Shown here one piece after another: positions 38,588-53,333 of a stretch of DNA of 64,000 nt; position 1 is the first letter of the stretch; each line of letters opens with the position of its first letter. Source of the stretch: Octopus vulgaris (taxonomy: Eukaryota); the NCBI GenBank assembly GCA_951406725.2, contig OX597826.1, positions 56,668,001-56,732,000 of the forward strand, given 5' to 3'. The position numbers were made by a program, and so were the translations under genes. Under the pieces are notes generated by a model, which was not told the origin of the DNA, made no database searches, and was given only the letters and a program-made list of their open reading frames with translations.

Positions 38588-38813
38588 TATTTCTTTACTA
38601 CCCAGAAGGGGCTAAACATAGAGAGGACAAACAAGGACAGACAAACGGATTAAGTCGATTATATTGACCCCAGTGTGTGACTGGTACTTATTTAATCGAC
38701 CCTGAAAGGATGAAAGGCAAAGTTGACCTTGACGGAATTTGAACTCAGAACGTAACGGCAGACGAAATACGGCTACGCATTTCGCCCGGCGTGCTAAGGT
38801 TTCTGCCAGCTCA
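38588..38813 (-). mobile_element. SINE family B, near full length with 13-bp TSD
   Basis: Colinear with 30630-30866; GTGGTAAAATATC at 38575-38587 and 38814-38826. Confidence 0.92.
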
Positions 38814-39731
38814 GTGGTAAAATATCATAGTGAGAGAGCAATTAAAAGAAGAGAGAATCAGGTTTGATAAGAGATGTGGTGAAGAGAGGAGAGAATGATA
38901 AACCATTCCATTTGAGTGAGAGGAATGTTGGGTAAGGTGAGGTAGGTAAGGTGGTAAAAAGTGTCACTAAGTTCAGGGATAGATAGGTAGATAGAGAGAG
39001 TAAAATAAAGCAACAGAGAATGTAAAAGAGAGAGTAAAAAAGTAGAAGGGAGAGGCAGATGAGAGAAGATGGCAGAGGTTGTGGAGAAAGATGAACCATT
39101 AAGTAATTTAAACAAAATGTTCAAACATGGAAATAATACAGGTGAGAGAGGGAGAGAGAGACAGAGGTAGGGATGGCTGATACCTGCCAATGTTGGACCA
39201 CCCACATACTTACTGAGAAATACTAACAAAGAAAAGTAAGGAAGGATTAAAAACCCATGGGAGGCAATGAGTGGAGGAGGTGAAGATGAGACAGACATGG
39301 AGACATAGAAGATGGGAAAGAGGAAATGATTTCTTGAAAAGAAAAGTTGGGACTTATTTAGTCACCTAATAAATAGGGTCCATCTGTATATTTGTGTTAC
39401 TTCTGTTGCTTTTGTTTTGAAATCTTGTCAGAACTTTTGCAAGGAAAGAAGGATAGTAGGGAGGGAAAGAGAGGAGACAGAAGTAAAAGGGTGGTGGGTG
39501 ATATCAGTTAACAGCAGGAGAACAGGACAGTGGACAAGTGGTTTTTGATGGTGGTGATGTTGAAGTCCATTACAGGAAACTGGACAAGCATAACAAATAA
39601 GAAAATTTTAAAAAGGTGTAAAAGGAAATGTCAAGGAAGGAAAGGAAGAGGAGACGTGGTGATTGTTGTTCTTCCTGCATTATAGTTACAGATGTTTACC
39701 TAGTGAGTGTGTGTGTGAGTGTGTGTGTGTA

Positions 39732-39797
<66 letters not shown>

Positions 39798-41247
39798 CAC
39801 ACACATATATATACATTAGTCTATGTATCATGGTAGGGGAGCAAAATTTGGCACTCATTCACTCACCCTCTCACCATATCAGGATTTCAAGTCACTTCCT
39901 TTCAGCTATCTTTTATATCTACCTTCACTGAGTCAGTTGTTGTTTAGTCTTAGGGTTAAGCTTGCAATTTAGAAAAGTGTGTGTGTGTGTGTGAGTGAGA
40001 GAGAAAGAGATGGGTATGGCAAGAGTAATATGGCTTGGTGGTTGCAAAGTTTGTTTGGTAACCTTGGGGGCAAATGTCTTCTGTTGCTTCAGCCTTCCAT
40101 GTGAGTGAAATTTAATAGTCATATACTATATGGAAACTGATACAATATGAGCCAACCATGATCACCCTGTTTTTTTTTCACAAGTATATCTAGAACTTTA
40201 TTATCTAATGTGTTTGATCTTTATCAAAGACATTAAGCAAGGTGTAATTTCATGAGAATTTGCTTGCTATTTCTAGAAGGTTCAGTAGTGACAGAGAAAC
40301 TCATCTAGTCAGCTGTTTAGCTGTCAGCAGCTACAACTTTAAATAACTACTATTACTACTATTCAGTGATGTTAATATTTTTGTTGCTAACCGGTCTGTA
40401 ATTATCATCATCATCACCATTATTCTATCCTCATTGTTGTTGCTGTTAAACTCCAGGTTGACCATAACTAAGCAGATTTTATGACAAAAGAAAATTCAGG
40501 CCATGAGCATTTCATTTTAGGGATAGCTTTAAACCTTCATTATCCAATACAGCTTCTCCTTCTATCAGACTGTAATATATCACTGAACAAAATTTATCAG
40601 CAATTTTTAGCAGACTAAGCGACCACACAGAGGCTCCCTTGTTAAGTTGTTGCTAGTATTGTAGTGACTGTATTAATAGTGAAAATGTACCATGTATTGT
40701 CTGGTTAGGCAATTCTAACACAATAGGAATACTCAATGGAATAGTTGAAACTAACCCTAGCCAATGGAGAGAGAGAGAGAGAGTAATGAGAGAGAGCATT
40801 CAATGACAACTTAGAGAATTAAAAAGATAAAAAATATTAACAGAGAACCTTTGCGGAATCATATAGAATCTCAATGGGATTGTAATGTTCAGTCAGCTGT
40901 CTATCCATTAGGTTAGGTTTTGTGTTAAGATATTTAATGTATGTACCATTAAAAATTCTAACAAGAAATGAATATGTGGTGAAGAAATATTCAATATTAG
41001 TCAATCACTAACGTTATTTTAGAAGAGAGTTGTAGTTTGCTTGAAGTATTGTGATGTAGAAGTAAAACAACAAATAGTGAAGACGGAGAGCTTTTAACAA
41101 TGCGAAAAGAGAAAGTTAAGAAACCTTTATATATTTCAGGCTTAAAGAGCTATCATTGGATGTGAACAGCTTATAAATGCCAGTTTATGTAGATCCTGCT
41201 ATGATGATTGCCAAATGAGTAGTGGCCCCTAATTTATTTTTTTTATC

Positions 41248-41615
41248 TCTTGTTTCAGTCATTAGACTGCCATGCTCAAGCACACTCTTGAAGGGTTTTA
41301 GTTGAACGAATTGATCCCAGTATTAATTTTTTTTAAAGCCTAGTACTTAGTCAATTGGTTTCTTTTTGCTAAACTGCAAAGCTATGTTATGGGGGTGTAA
41401 ACGAACTAACACCCCTTGTCAAGAAGTAGTGGGACAAAACACACATATTTATAACATACTTCTTTCAGTTTCCGTCCAACCAGACTCACTTAGAAGGCTT
41501 TGGTCAGCTTGGGGCTATTATAGAAGACACTTGTTAAAGGTGTCATACCATGGGACTGAACCAAGAACCATTTGGTTAGGAAACAAACTTCTTATTACAC
41601 ATCCATGCCTGTACC
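41248..41615 (-). mobile_element. SINE family A, old diverged copy
   Basis: Colinear with 1018-1404 but with many substitutions. Confidence 0.8.
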
Positions 41616-41688
41616 CATGCCCAGTGAAATTATTTTAATTCTTTCGGCAAGTACAAGAGATAGTTTTGGGTATCTAATTTATAGATAA

Positions 41689-42123
41689 CTAGCAGCATAG
41701 CCCGGCGTTGTCCAGGTATGTAAGAGCCCCTAGTAGGCACCGACTAATCCCAATCTAGTCCTTTCCCTCTAGGGAACAAGGGCGCATGTGTAAGTTGCAA
41801 TGTCTTCTCTTCACTCGAATACGTCTGTGTATACGATGTACCTAGCTGTCCCTTTGGGCGATAAAAAAGTCGAGTTGTGTCCCCTAGACAGAAAATGTGT
41901 TGCATATAAAAAGCTTAGATTCTCGACCCCATGTCGAATTTATCGATTTTTTTCAGAACTGGGGAACTTTTCAAAATTTTCGCTGTGTTAGTTTTGAATT
42001 ATGTATGACATTGGTCTATGTGTGTGTCAAGTTTCATCAGAATCGGTTGAAAGCCATGGTCAGGGTGAGGGTACAACCTGACAGACACACAGACAGACAA
42101 ACTGCTGTTTATATAGAGAGAGA
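41689..42123 (-). mobile_element. Non-autonomous Helitron, intact ends
   Basis: The minus strand starts TC(TCTCTCTATATAAAC) and ends ...CCTGGACAACGCCGGGCTATGCTGCTAG, i.e. a subterminal hairpin plus CTAG. It is inserted between A and T with no TSD. Confidence 0.85.
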
Positions 42124-45100
42124 TTGCAATTTGTGAACACTATTGTCATAGTTTACTGATTTTCAACTGACCAATCATTTGTTCACAACATTTCTGACAG
42201 GGAGATTGATAAATGTCACTGGTTTCCTGTTTCACACTGATATTTATATCTGTCTTTGATATACACTCTCAAAGGACATACATATACATGACAAGGTCCC
42301 ACACTATTTCTGTTTATTGACTTCCACTCATAAGGTATTAAGTTAACCTGAGGATATAGCAGAAGACACTTACTCAAGGTGACACACAGTTTAATCAAAC
42401 CCAGAATCCTAGGTGTGCAAAGTGAACACCTTAACCACACAGTTGAGAATTTTTGCTTCACTGGCAACCAGGTTTCAGTGTTATTCTAACCTCATCAGTA
42501 AAACAAATAACAAAAACATTAACTGCATTTGCTACATATAATGATGAATGGATCAGTAACCAAATGTACAAGACTGTATATTTGTAGATGTAGGATGATA
42601 GAACTATTTAAAGAAAGACCTATTCAAAGATACCATTCTCACAAACACCTAAAAAAAATATTTAAGTATGTGTTAACACATTCAATGAATAGCATCACTG
42701 ACTGAGCAGATAAATTTCAATTATAGATAAGAAAATAGTTAGGCACAGTAATACAGATTCAGTTTTGTCCAAATTGGCTGTTGAAAGCTACAGCTCCTGC
42801 AAAATACTTTGTTTGATTTTTGGCTCCTTTTAGAGGTGTATGGGATTATTTATTTTTGTATTGCCAGAATAAGGAAGGAGACAATGTATTTATTTACCTG
42901 TAAGGAGAGAAAAATAATATATTTTCCTCCCCTTTTTTCTTCTATTACAGTCTACCTTCTGAACTTTAAGTGTTTCAGTCTTTAAAGGGTTCATAATAAA
43001 AATGAATAATTCTTTAAACTGATAGCAGATGGTTATTTTTTTAGATGAGGTATAAAAGCAATAAATGTCTATAAATAAATGGGAAAATGTTAAGAATCAA
43101 ACAAATTTATATTTCAGCCAATCGCTAGACTTGACTTGGTCAATAGAAGGATAATAGATTTCTTGTAAAGAAACTATAAGCTTTTCCTGATAGCTTGCAT
43201 ATGAAGGTTTTATACACCAGTGTGAGAAACAATATACTCACAATTGAAAAACAAACAAAAAAAAGTCTATCTTAGCCTATTTTGGAGGAACAAGATCATT
43301 ATTATATTGGAGAAAGACTTCTCTAATTTCCTTCAAAAAGTAAATGGTATTTAGGTTTTCCTTCCTTTTTGCTATGTTTTTGTATTTGTATTCATTATAA
43401 TTATTTTTAAGCCATGAATTAGAACATCCCGATTTTAGCAAATTCTAAATTTGGATTACCTCGAATGTATAGAAAGTTTCAGCAAACCTAAGTAAAAGAA
43501 ATGTAATTAAACTGTTTTGTTTTTTTAATTTGATAGTTCACTAGATTGACTAATAATATCTACATCTATCTATCTATATGTGTATGTATATATAGGTGTA
43601 TGTATCTACATATATAACATACATTTCATATATATATATATATATATATATAAAAGCACACCATTATTCAAAAAATAAAGTTACCATTTTGTATAACCAT
43701 TTTATGAAAATCTTAGTTTGATCATTGAATAAGAGGCAAATAGATATCCAGACAAGATTAGTAAATGTGATGGAGAAGATATAGAGGATAGAAAAGAGGA
43801 AAAAGAGGAGAATGAAGTCTTAACTATTAGTAACTTTTATTTTTAAAAAAACTGGAGAGACTGAAAACAAAACAGATGAAATATAAATGCTAGTTTCCAG
43901 ATATATGTCTAGATGTGAATAATGCCAAGCGTTTTGGACATTGCTGCAAGAATGATATATCTTTTAGATGACCTCAGCCCTTCTAGGAGTGGAGAACCAA
44001 AAAGTGAGCAAGATTTGTGATAAAAGAAAACCTTAGATAAAAAATGCAGTCCATCATGAGAAATGAAAATAACTGATGTAGACTGCTGAAAAGTATCCAC
44101 AATGTGAAGAAGAAAATAATAATAATAATAGTAATAATAGAAAAAGGAACCATGAGGAATGTTGACGCATTTATCAGTAACAAATCACTGTTCTCATTCA
44201 CTATTGATCTATTAAAGGTTTCATGGAAGGCAGGGTCATTTGAAGGGATGCTGTGAACCATGTGATTGGCATCAGACTAAAGAATGGGCAGAGACTAGCA
44301 AACTTTGGCCAAGAGAATAGCAATAGATGGCATTGATGTATTGCACATGCCGCAATGGTTCTGCAGTGCCACTGCAGTCAATGCAACTGGCCACAATGCA
44401 TTTCTGGCAGCAGATGTAGATCTTTAGAAATCTGTACAACTGTCTTTACAATATCAGATATCCCCAGCAGAGTCACTTCATCAAATTTCATTAAGACAAC
44501 AGCAAATATCAAAGTGGGAAAAAATTTGTGAAGATAGTAATAGCTTTAATAGCTAACACTTCTAGCTTATTAATTAATTAATTTCTTTATTTGCCCTTTT
44601 TTTCCCCCCACCCATTATTGTAGGTTGTTGAGATGGAAAGACATGTGTAAGACAAGTGTTGTTAATTTGCAGATTGAAACACTAATGGTTCCGTGTAATG
44701 TAAAACACATGGATGGAGTTGTAGTTTTATAGACGGCAATAATTTAAATGTAAAACATCATCAGATGTATGTGACAAAAGAAAAGATTTTAAAAATTTCA
44801 GTGTGTAATGGGCAAGAAGGAATATAATAGGCAAAATGTGCCTATAAATATGGAATGAGCCAGTAAAATCCATAATAGTTGTTTAAGTGCAGGTGAAGCA
44901 CAGAAGTGGAAATATAGTCGGTTATAATGACCCCAATGTTTACTGGTACATATTTTATCAACCCTGGAGGAAATGAAGGTTCTGTTGGCAGGATTCAAAA
45001 TCAGAATATCAAGAGGCATAAATAAATACCACATAACATTTTGTAGGCCATTCTATAAAATCTAGCAATGCACACCACCCTCTACATAAAAATATATTAC

Positions 45101-45265
45101 AAACATATCACATCCTCTGATTTAATACAAAATGATATTAAATACACAAATGCAAAGAATATAATAAGTATATTCTCAAACATTAATATATAAACAATGC
45201 ACTACATGTATAGGAAAGTGAGGAAGAGGAAGAGAAAATCTGTACAGATTTTATGCCTAAACAGG

Positions 45266-45363
45266 GAGGACAGAGAGAAATGTATATGCCCACACATGCA
45301 GTTATCCATATATGTGTGAGGACAGAGAGAAATGTATATGCCCACACATGCATTTATCCATAT
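45266..45363. repeat. 52-bp tandem duplication
   Basis: GAGGACAGAGAGAAATGTATATGCCCACACATGCA.TTATCCATAT begins at 45266 and 45318. Confidence 0.9.
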
Positions 45364-46076
45364 GTATGTGTGTGTATGTGTGTTGCCTGCGATATTAATG
45401 TAGCTGACAACTGCACGTACAATGGACCATCTATATACACGTACATAAATGTATATGTATTTATATAGCTGCATGTGTATGACACACACACATACACGCA
45501 CACACATATATATATATGGATGCAGAAGATAAATACAGTTTAAGTCAGTTATGACAGAGCAATAAAAGAGCTGACCAGTTTTTCTGCTCTAAGTCAAACT
45601 TCCACAGCAGGCAGTATGAGGGGGAAGTTACTTAATAAAAAATTTGATTGATTGATCACATAACTATTGTATTTTTGTATTCAATTATCGAGAAGGATTT
45701 TATGTACGCATATATGTATATAAGTGTATGTATGCAAAGATATGTTAGTATATATTTATTTATAGTTATCTGTATGTGTGTATGTGCATCTGTATATGAA
45801 AATGCATTTTGTGTATGTGTGCATCACCAGATGGCAACACATACATATATCCATGCACATACAAAAATTTCATATCCATCATTACTGCTACAGTATGGGC
45901 GGCAAAAAATCTGACACAATCTCTAACTGTAGCCATTAGAGCTGAATTGGGAAAAATTTTTATTTCTTCCAGTCGACATTTCAATTTGATATCAAATTTG
46001 TAAAATGGGGAATGAGTGGAAAAAAAAACAAAAAAAAAAAAAACAGAAAAAAAAATAATAGCAATAATGGTTTATG

Positions 46077-46131
<55 letters not shown>

Positions 46132-48781
46132 TAATAATAAATTATAAAGAATTAAAGAAATAAATAAGTAAAAATTCTACAATGAAAGAATATAATGAAA
46201 AATTTTTCCTATTAATAATTTCTTTAAGAAGAAAAATAGAAAAATCAAATAGAATTTCCAACCAATTCCTACACATCATCATCTTCATCACCTCCACCAC
46301 CATCACTATCATCCTCACCTCCACCACCATGACTGTCATCATCGCCACCACCACCACCACCACCACCACTATGCCATTATCGTCATCACCATCATAACTA
46401 TGAGTCTTAACCAAATTAAATGAAAAATGGAGGTCAGTATGAAAAATGACAGCAGCAACAAAATAACAAGTAATATTTCGAAATCCTGAAATAAATTACA
46501 CTGAAATAGAATTCTTGGGGGTTGTTTAGAGTTTTATAGTAATGACTGTTTGTGTTTTTAACAACTTGACATCAGGCGAACTTTTCAAAGGGTTCTGTTT
46601 TCAAGGGAAATCAGGGCACTAAGGATATATAACATTTATAACAATGATTGGTAGGTTGGCTTGATTGGTTAAGTTGTATGAGTGTAGCTGTGGTATGTAT
46701 ATATATATATATATATATATATTTGGTGACAGTTGAGGTTAAGTCCGACATATTAATGTCAACCGTGACAGTCCAGACCAGAGAGAAAAACTAAAGACAC
46801 ATTTGTGACAATGTAATACTAGAATTGATGGCAACAGTGTAATGTGTTGTTAAAGTACAGAAAATCCAGTGCAAGGAAATGTAGAACTGTAAAGTTTAAT
46901 GGTGATAGTGTAATTTCAGTGTGAAATCTAAAGATACAAAGGGTGTAAAGTTTTATAGCATAGTACTAATCTATTGGTAAAATATTTTAAACCATAGTAT
47001 TATCACTAGTAGTATTAAAACTAACTAAAAACGTAGCCATAGATCAACAAATTTCTTGATAAAAGTGTTTGTAGTAATGCCATTAGAATGAGAGAAATAA
47101 AGATCAATTGAGCATTTAGTAGAGGTAGCTATCATAGAATTTTATAGTCAGATGTTTGTATAGGTATATCACCATCATTATAATGTTTACATTTCCATGC
47201 TGGTCATATTTATTAAAAGTACGTAAGATATTTCATAGTCATGTTTGTATATAAAGAAAGAAATGCTTGGCCATCACCCACATGGAGAGACACTCTTTTG
47301 GGCCCCACCACACCTGACTTAGCAGAACACTGAGGATGTGACAGCTGGAAGGAGAGGCCCTGCTCAAAGACACAACATGTAGCCCAGCCAAGGAATTGAA
47401 CTTACGTCATCAAGGTAAAACCCAACATTCTAACCACTAAACAAAGCAGCCGTGTAAGTGTGAATGAATGACTCCATCATTGTATTAACATCCTGAATTT
47501 GTGTGTATATGTATCATTGTGTTAATTGAAAAACTAAATGTCTAAAATTCACACATGCATGCACATACACACACATACAATGGGCTTCCAATTTAACTCA
47601 CAAGACCCAAGGGTAATAGTAAAAAACATTTGTCCAAGGTGTTGTACACAGCGACAGAACTCAAAACCATACAGTTACAAAGCAAACCCTGTACCCACAC
47701 AGTCATATTTATGCCTGTGGTGCTTAATATAATAAAATGCCATACTGTATATTTTTAACAAGAGAAGTTTACATTTGTTTGCCTCTATAAATAAAATTAT
47801 CAACAAAACTCAAAACAGAAGTGTATTTCCCAATAAAAACGAAATAAAACTTCCACTACAGAATAATGCTGCTAGGACAATATATGAAAAAAGAAAAAAA
47901 AGATGATAATAGAATAATAATAATGATTGCAAAAAAAAAATGGTGAAAAAAAAGAAGTAAAACCAATGCATGCAACTAACTCTCTTAAATTCTTTAAAAA
48001 GTGAAAGCAAATATTTGGAATTGTTTCACATAAACTATGAATGATATAGTTTATCCCGCTATTTCCTGCTCACAAACACTGCAATGCTTGCAGCAAAGAG
48101 ATATGCATAGAATTACAAGGAAACAAGTATAAAGTTGCAGTAATGGAAGACAACGAAGGCAAGACAGATTTTACTTGTAAAATCTAAACTGTACACATTG
48201 AGTGGGAAACATACAAAATGATCCAAGCAATTTATCGAAGGAAATTAGAAAATTAATTCATTCCTTCCAGATAAAACCTTATGAAAAACGACAGGATATT
48301 GAAAATTCAGCAACAAGGTCAGGGGAAGAGAATTATGGTAGCGGGAAGGAGAAAGGCAGCAGAAACACTAGTTATTATGTATATAAATTCATTTAGTCCA
48401 CAAGCAAGATTGTAACATGGTTATACAAGATTTACATAGACTGTTTCTAATCCGCAATATATCGATAAACTGAACAGTATTTGAGCTTTTATTTCGCTGA
48501 AAGTATTTTTAAGAAATATATGTACAAGAGAGAGAGTGAGAGAGAGATTAAAATTTATTATAAATAGCTAGGTAGACAGATATACATACATACATACACG
48601 TATACATATAAGAATATTAACACATACACACACTGATAAATATGTACAGATAGATGAACATGTATAAGCATGAATACACAGCAGTAAACATTGTATGTAT
48701 TTAAAAAAAAAGTTAAGCTTTACTGCTTATGAGAGAGAAAGTGTGTTTGGAGGGAGATTATATTTTTACCTATGTATTAGA

Positions 48782-48975
48782 TCCGGGTTGTGGATCCGTG
48801 GAATAAGCTGCCGGACGAGATAGTGAAGATGCCGACGACCGCTCGGTTCAAAGTCTCCCTTGACCAGAAATGGCCTGAACTCTTTACATGAGCACCACCC
48901 TGTACATAACTCCATGTCCCCCTACATGGCCTTGCTTTTTGCTTTTTGAGCCAAAAAATTAACTAACTAACTAAC
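48782..48975 (+). mobile_element. Second 3' fragment of the CR1-type LINE
   Basis: Matches 13501-13690 (RVVDPWNKLPDEIVKMPTTARFKVSLDQKWPELFT stop), with the same hairpin and (TAAC)n tail. Confidence 0.88.
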
Positions 48976-50326
48976 ATATTTGAAGTGTGAAAATAGCTAC
49001 AACTAGGAATTAAAACCAGGTTTTGGACTGTACTCTCTTGAAGTTCACCTCTTATTTTGCAGCACAGCATCATTTCACCAGAGACATACATTGTGTATAT
49101 ATATCATCTTATATTCACGTCTCAATATCTTTTATCATCCGTTTGTGCTCATTTTTCCAGGGTGGTATGGACTGGACAGATCAAGACAACTTGAATCAGT
49201 TTTTATTTGAATTTACTACCCTTCAAGATGAGTGAAAGACCGTATCTTACATGTACAACCCATTTTAGGAATGGTTTTAATGGCTGGATACCCTTCCTGC
49301 AGCCAAACTATTCTAGAAAACTGTACTGGATGAATTTTATCATGGCATCACCACTGGAAGAGTTTCCACATCCCCAGCAAAATTAAAGAGTACTCTCTAC
49401 CCTAGCATGTCTGTTTATTCATCACCTAACATATATAAGCACTGCTGACTATAATCTTAACCATTTGCAAGACTTTTATTCATATCATACATATCTACCA
49501 CATCAGCACACACTGACCAACCAACCAATAACTTTGAATCTGTTATTTGCTGCTCACTTAACTGTCATAACAACTCATCTCTGGAGTCTACGCTCAACTC
49601 TTCAATTCATTCCATTCTTCTTGCAGTCTCAATCGATCACAAAACCCTTCACCTCACCCGACCTCAAAAATAAAACAAAATAACAAAGCAAACAAAAAAT
49701 TTTTAAAAAACAGTTACAACTAAAACATTTTTACTACTATTAATTTATCATAAATATATAACTACACTACTTTATGTCAGTTAAGCTTTCCTCTCCATTT
49801 GGGCTGGTGTAGTCAGACCATTTAATCCATACTTTAATAATGACGATGATGGCTGTGTTAGTGGTAGTAGATCTTAACTATGATGGCAAAAACTAACTAA
49901 AGAATTGAAGAACATCTTAACTTTAGATAGAGCTTTTTCCCACCCAGAATAGGGATCTGTTAAGCTCAGATATTTTAAAAATAATAATTTTTTTAAAGGT
50001 TGGCGAACACACACTTAGATTCCAACCGAAAGTTGCTTACAGAAAACTGAATTTACGGGAACTGCTTGCATAATCTTTACTGCAGTTATTACCATTATTT
50101 TGTCGTATCATTGTTCGTGGTTGGGGAAAATAATTCTTAGTAACTACACAGACTTGGAGCATTAGCGCCATTGATTTTCTCACCATTTCTTATTTCAAGA
50201 CATGCTTACTGAACAACTATGGTAAATAACATAGGAAAATATACATCATTAAAGGAAACTATTGAAAATGCTTACCATTATTGTTACTTATCAAGAGAGG
50301 AAGAGAAAGAAAAGAAAAAAAAACTA

Positions 50327-50362
<36 letters not shown>

Positions 50363-51429
50363 GATGAAATGGTAGAAAAAAAATTGATTTTTGTCTATAT
50401 GGCTTCTTTATATTTTTACAGTTGTTATCTTAGTAGGTATTTATCTACTGATTTTTTTTTTATAAAGAAATTCTTGTTAGTGTGGGTGATAAAGAAAAAG
50501 AAATACCAGCAGAAATAGTTTCTTAGACTTTTCTTCCACTTCACCCCTATGAAATTCAATAAATTGTCAGAGAATGGCAGTCAAAGTGTGAACACACACA
50601 CACATATATATATATGTATATATATGGATATGTGTATATATTTGTGTGCGTGTATGGTATAGTGTTTTTGTAATTTTTTTTTTCTTAATTCAAAGGAAAA
50701 AAAAAAGTTTTTCTTTCTTCAGTTTCCTTTCCCTTGGAAGATCGGTTAAAATGTAGCAATGATCAGATAATCAGCATAACTGTTCCATTATGCATAATTA
50801 TAGCTCACTGAGTAACAGGACATAAAGTGAGGTATTATATATGTTGTCTTATTGCTGCTCTAAATAAGAAAAATTTAGGAACAAGAAAGAGAGAAATAAA
50901 AAAAAAAATAATAATAGTAATACAAAAACAAAAGAGCTAACATGTTCTTGCAAAAATAAAAAGCAAGCTGTGAGGAGGGTATGAGGGTATGAATAAATAT
51001 TAGCCAAACCTAAATGGTACACATATGCAAAATAAAAATTAAACCACAAAACGAACCTCCTTACCCTTATGCGTTCAAGAGAAAAATACAAATATATGAA
51101 GTTTTATGTGTGTGCGTTTATGTAGGTATATGTGCTTTGAAATATGTTATGTATTATGTTATGCGGAATAGGTACATAGAGAAAGATGAAGAGGGTGAGA
51201 GATAGAGAGAGAGAGAGATGGAGGACTAGATAATGGAGATATAACAACAGTGAGATAATAAAAGAGAAAGAAAGAGGCGAGGAGAGATTGCGAAAAGGAA
51301 GGAACTGGTAGGAGAGAGAGAGAGAGAGAGAGATGGAACAGGCAGAAAAAGGAGAATGGAAGTAGAGAGAGAGACAGACTGTAGAGTTTAAAGAGATAAG
51401 GAGAGAGAAAAAAGTAGGAAATGAGAGAG

Positions 51430-51474
<45 letters not shown>

Positions 51475-51569
51475 TGATAATACACAGAGATTAAAAGACC
51501 TGGAGAAAGATACACGGACAGGCAGAATGTGTATGTATGTTTTAAAGAGAGGTAGAATGTGTATGTATA

Positions 51570-51622
<53 letters not shown>

Positions 51623-52104
51623 AAGAGAGACAGAGAAAGAGAGACAGAGAGAGAGAGAGAAAGAGAGAGAGAGAAAGAGAGAGAGAGTGTGAGTGGGGTT
51701 GAGGACAGAGAGATGGGAGAAGGTTGGGAAAGAAAGAGCAGACTGTGAATAAATCTTATTGGAATGACAGAAACAATGTAGTGTGGGGCTTAATGTCTTT
51801 CAGTATTGAATTTCATCTTTCTACATTCTGTGTTCAAATCCTACTGGAGTTTCTCCAAAGGCAAGCAGCTCCTTTCATCCCAGGCATGTGTAATGGGATT
51901 GGTTCAATTCACTAATCACCCCCCACCCACCCACCCACCAGTCCCCCCTTCCAATGAATTTGTGGCCTTGTGTCAATGCAAGAAATCATGATTTGACAAA
52001 TACTGAGTCCTTTTATATTTGCTTGTGCCATATTCCTGGAATAATAATCTATTTGGGTTTCCCCCCCAACACCTCCCTTTTCACAGAAGTTATACAAGTC
52101 AAAA

Positions 52105-52425
52105 AGAGATTCTACATGGCTGGCTAACCTATTAGAAATAGCAACTGAAATTTTTCTGCCTTGAAAAGACAAGGTCACATTCAATAACATTGTCCTGGAT
52201 TAGTAATGCATGAGAAGGACAGGGTGGTTACATTCTTTTTTTCTTGATCTAGAGGAGGGTGCTTGTGCTCCTCATGGTCTTCACAAGCCTCCTGAGGCCA
52301 GTGAGTCCATTTCAACTAGAGATCCTCTTGAAATAGTTGCAAGCTGATGGCCATGACTAGAAAGCTTTTGATCATAGGTCTGCCCAGTCAGAGCTGACCT
52401 GGGGCTAAATAACAATAAAAACAAC
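52105..52425 (+). mobile_element. Family H ancient repeat with ~80-bp internal insertion
   Basis: AACCTATTAGAAATAGCAAC...TTTTGATCATAGGTCTGCCCAGTCAGAGCTGACCTGGGGCTAAATAAC. Confidence 0.65.
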
Positions 52426-52920
52426 TAAAGTTACAATCAACAATTTCATCTCCCACCTCTCCACATACTAAATTTGCACAACCAAATGTGTATGCATGTG
52501 AGTGAGTGTGAGATTGCCCTAAGATTGATCCTAGGATTTATATCTTACTAGCAACATCAAACATCACCACATGACCCCTTTACTCTTCTCTGCTTACCCC
52601 ATCCCCCCTTCTCCTCTTCACCTTCTCCCTTTCTGCTAGAATGGGAGTTGAGACAACTCCAATGGGCTGTGATATTGATAGCATATACTGACAATTTCTG
52701 CTCTGGGATTGTCTAGTTTTTGTGGTGTGGTGGGGAGAAAGGTCATGTAACTGTGACCTTTTTCTGCCTACCTCCCCTCCACCCTCTTATCATCAGCATA
52801 TCATCACAGCCCACTTCCAACTAAATGACTCTTCCTAATAATGACTGAATACTTATGATGTACTGCAGCAGAGGACTGGTAGGAGGTGGAGTAGTTAGAT
52901 AAAGAAAGATAGAGGGGAAA

Positions 52921-52946
52921 GTAGTAGTAGTAGTAGTAGTAGTAGT

Positions 52947-53041
<95 letters not shown>

Positions 53042-53067
53042 TGGTGGTGGTGTTGGTGGTGCTGGTA
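52921..53067. repeat. (GTA)n(GCA)n(GTA)n trinucleotide array
   Basis: Direct reading; source of the poly-Thr/Ala ORF. Confidence 0.96.
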
Positions 53068-53333
53068 TTAACAGTAAAATCTGTACTGAAAGAACAAGAC
53101 ACTCTTCCTTTCCTGCTCAACCTTTCCTTATTCCTGAACAAGGTAGGCAAAAAGCAGTAGAAAGATACTCAAGCTAATAATCCAGGCAGTCAATAATCCA
53201 CTGTGAAGTTCAAAATTGGAGTTCCAAGGTTAAATCTAGAGGAAATAGGTATCTCACTTAAGGAAGTAGGTAGTTAAGTTGCTTGCCATAGTGTTGGTTT
53301 CACATAGACAAATTATTAAATAACTGAAACGAC

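Noticed and set aside
50270-50330. Possible 11-nt minus-strand microexon (long polyY, gataag|TAACAATAATG|gtaagc)
   Set aside because: The AAG acceptor is rare, the tract is simple A/G-rich sequence, and there are no UGC or branch features comparable to the 59523 candidate.
52821-53150. Poly-Thr/Ala mucin-like ORF
   Set aside because: It is a translation of the (GTA)n(GCA)n microsatellite with non-coding-like flanks.
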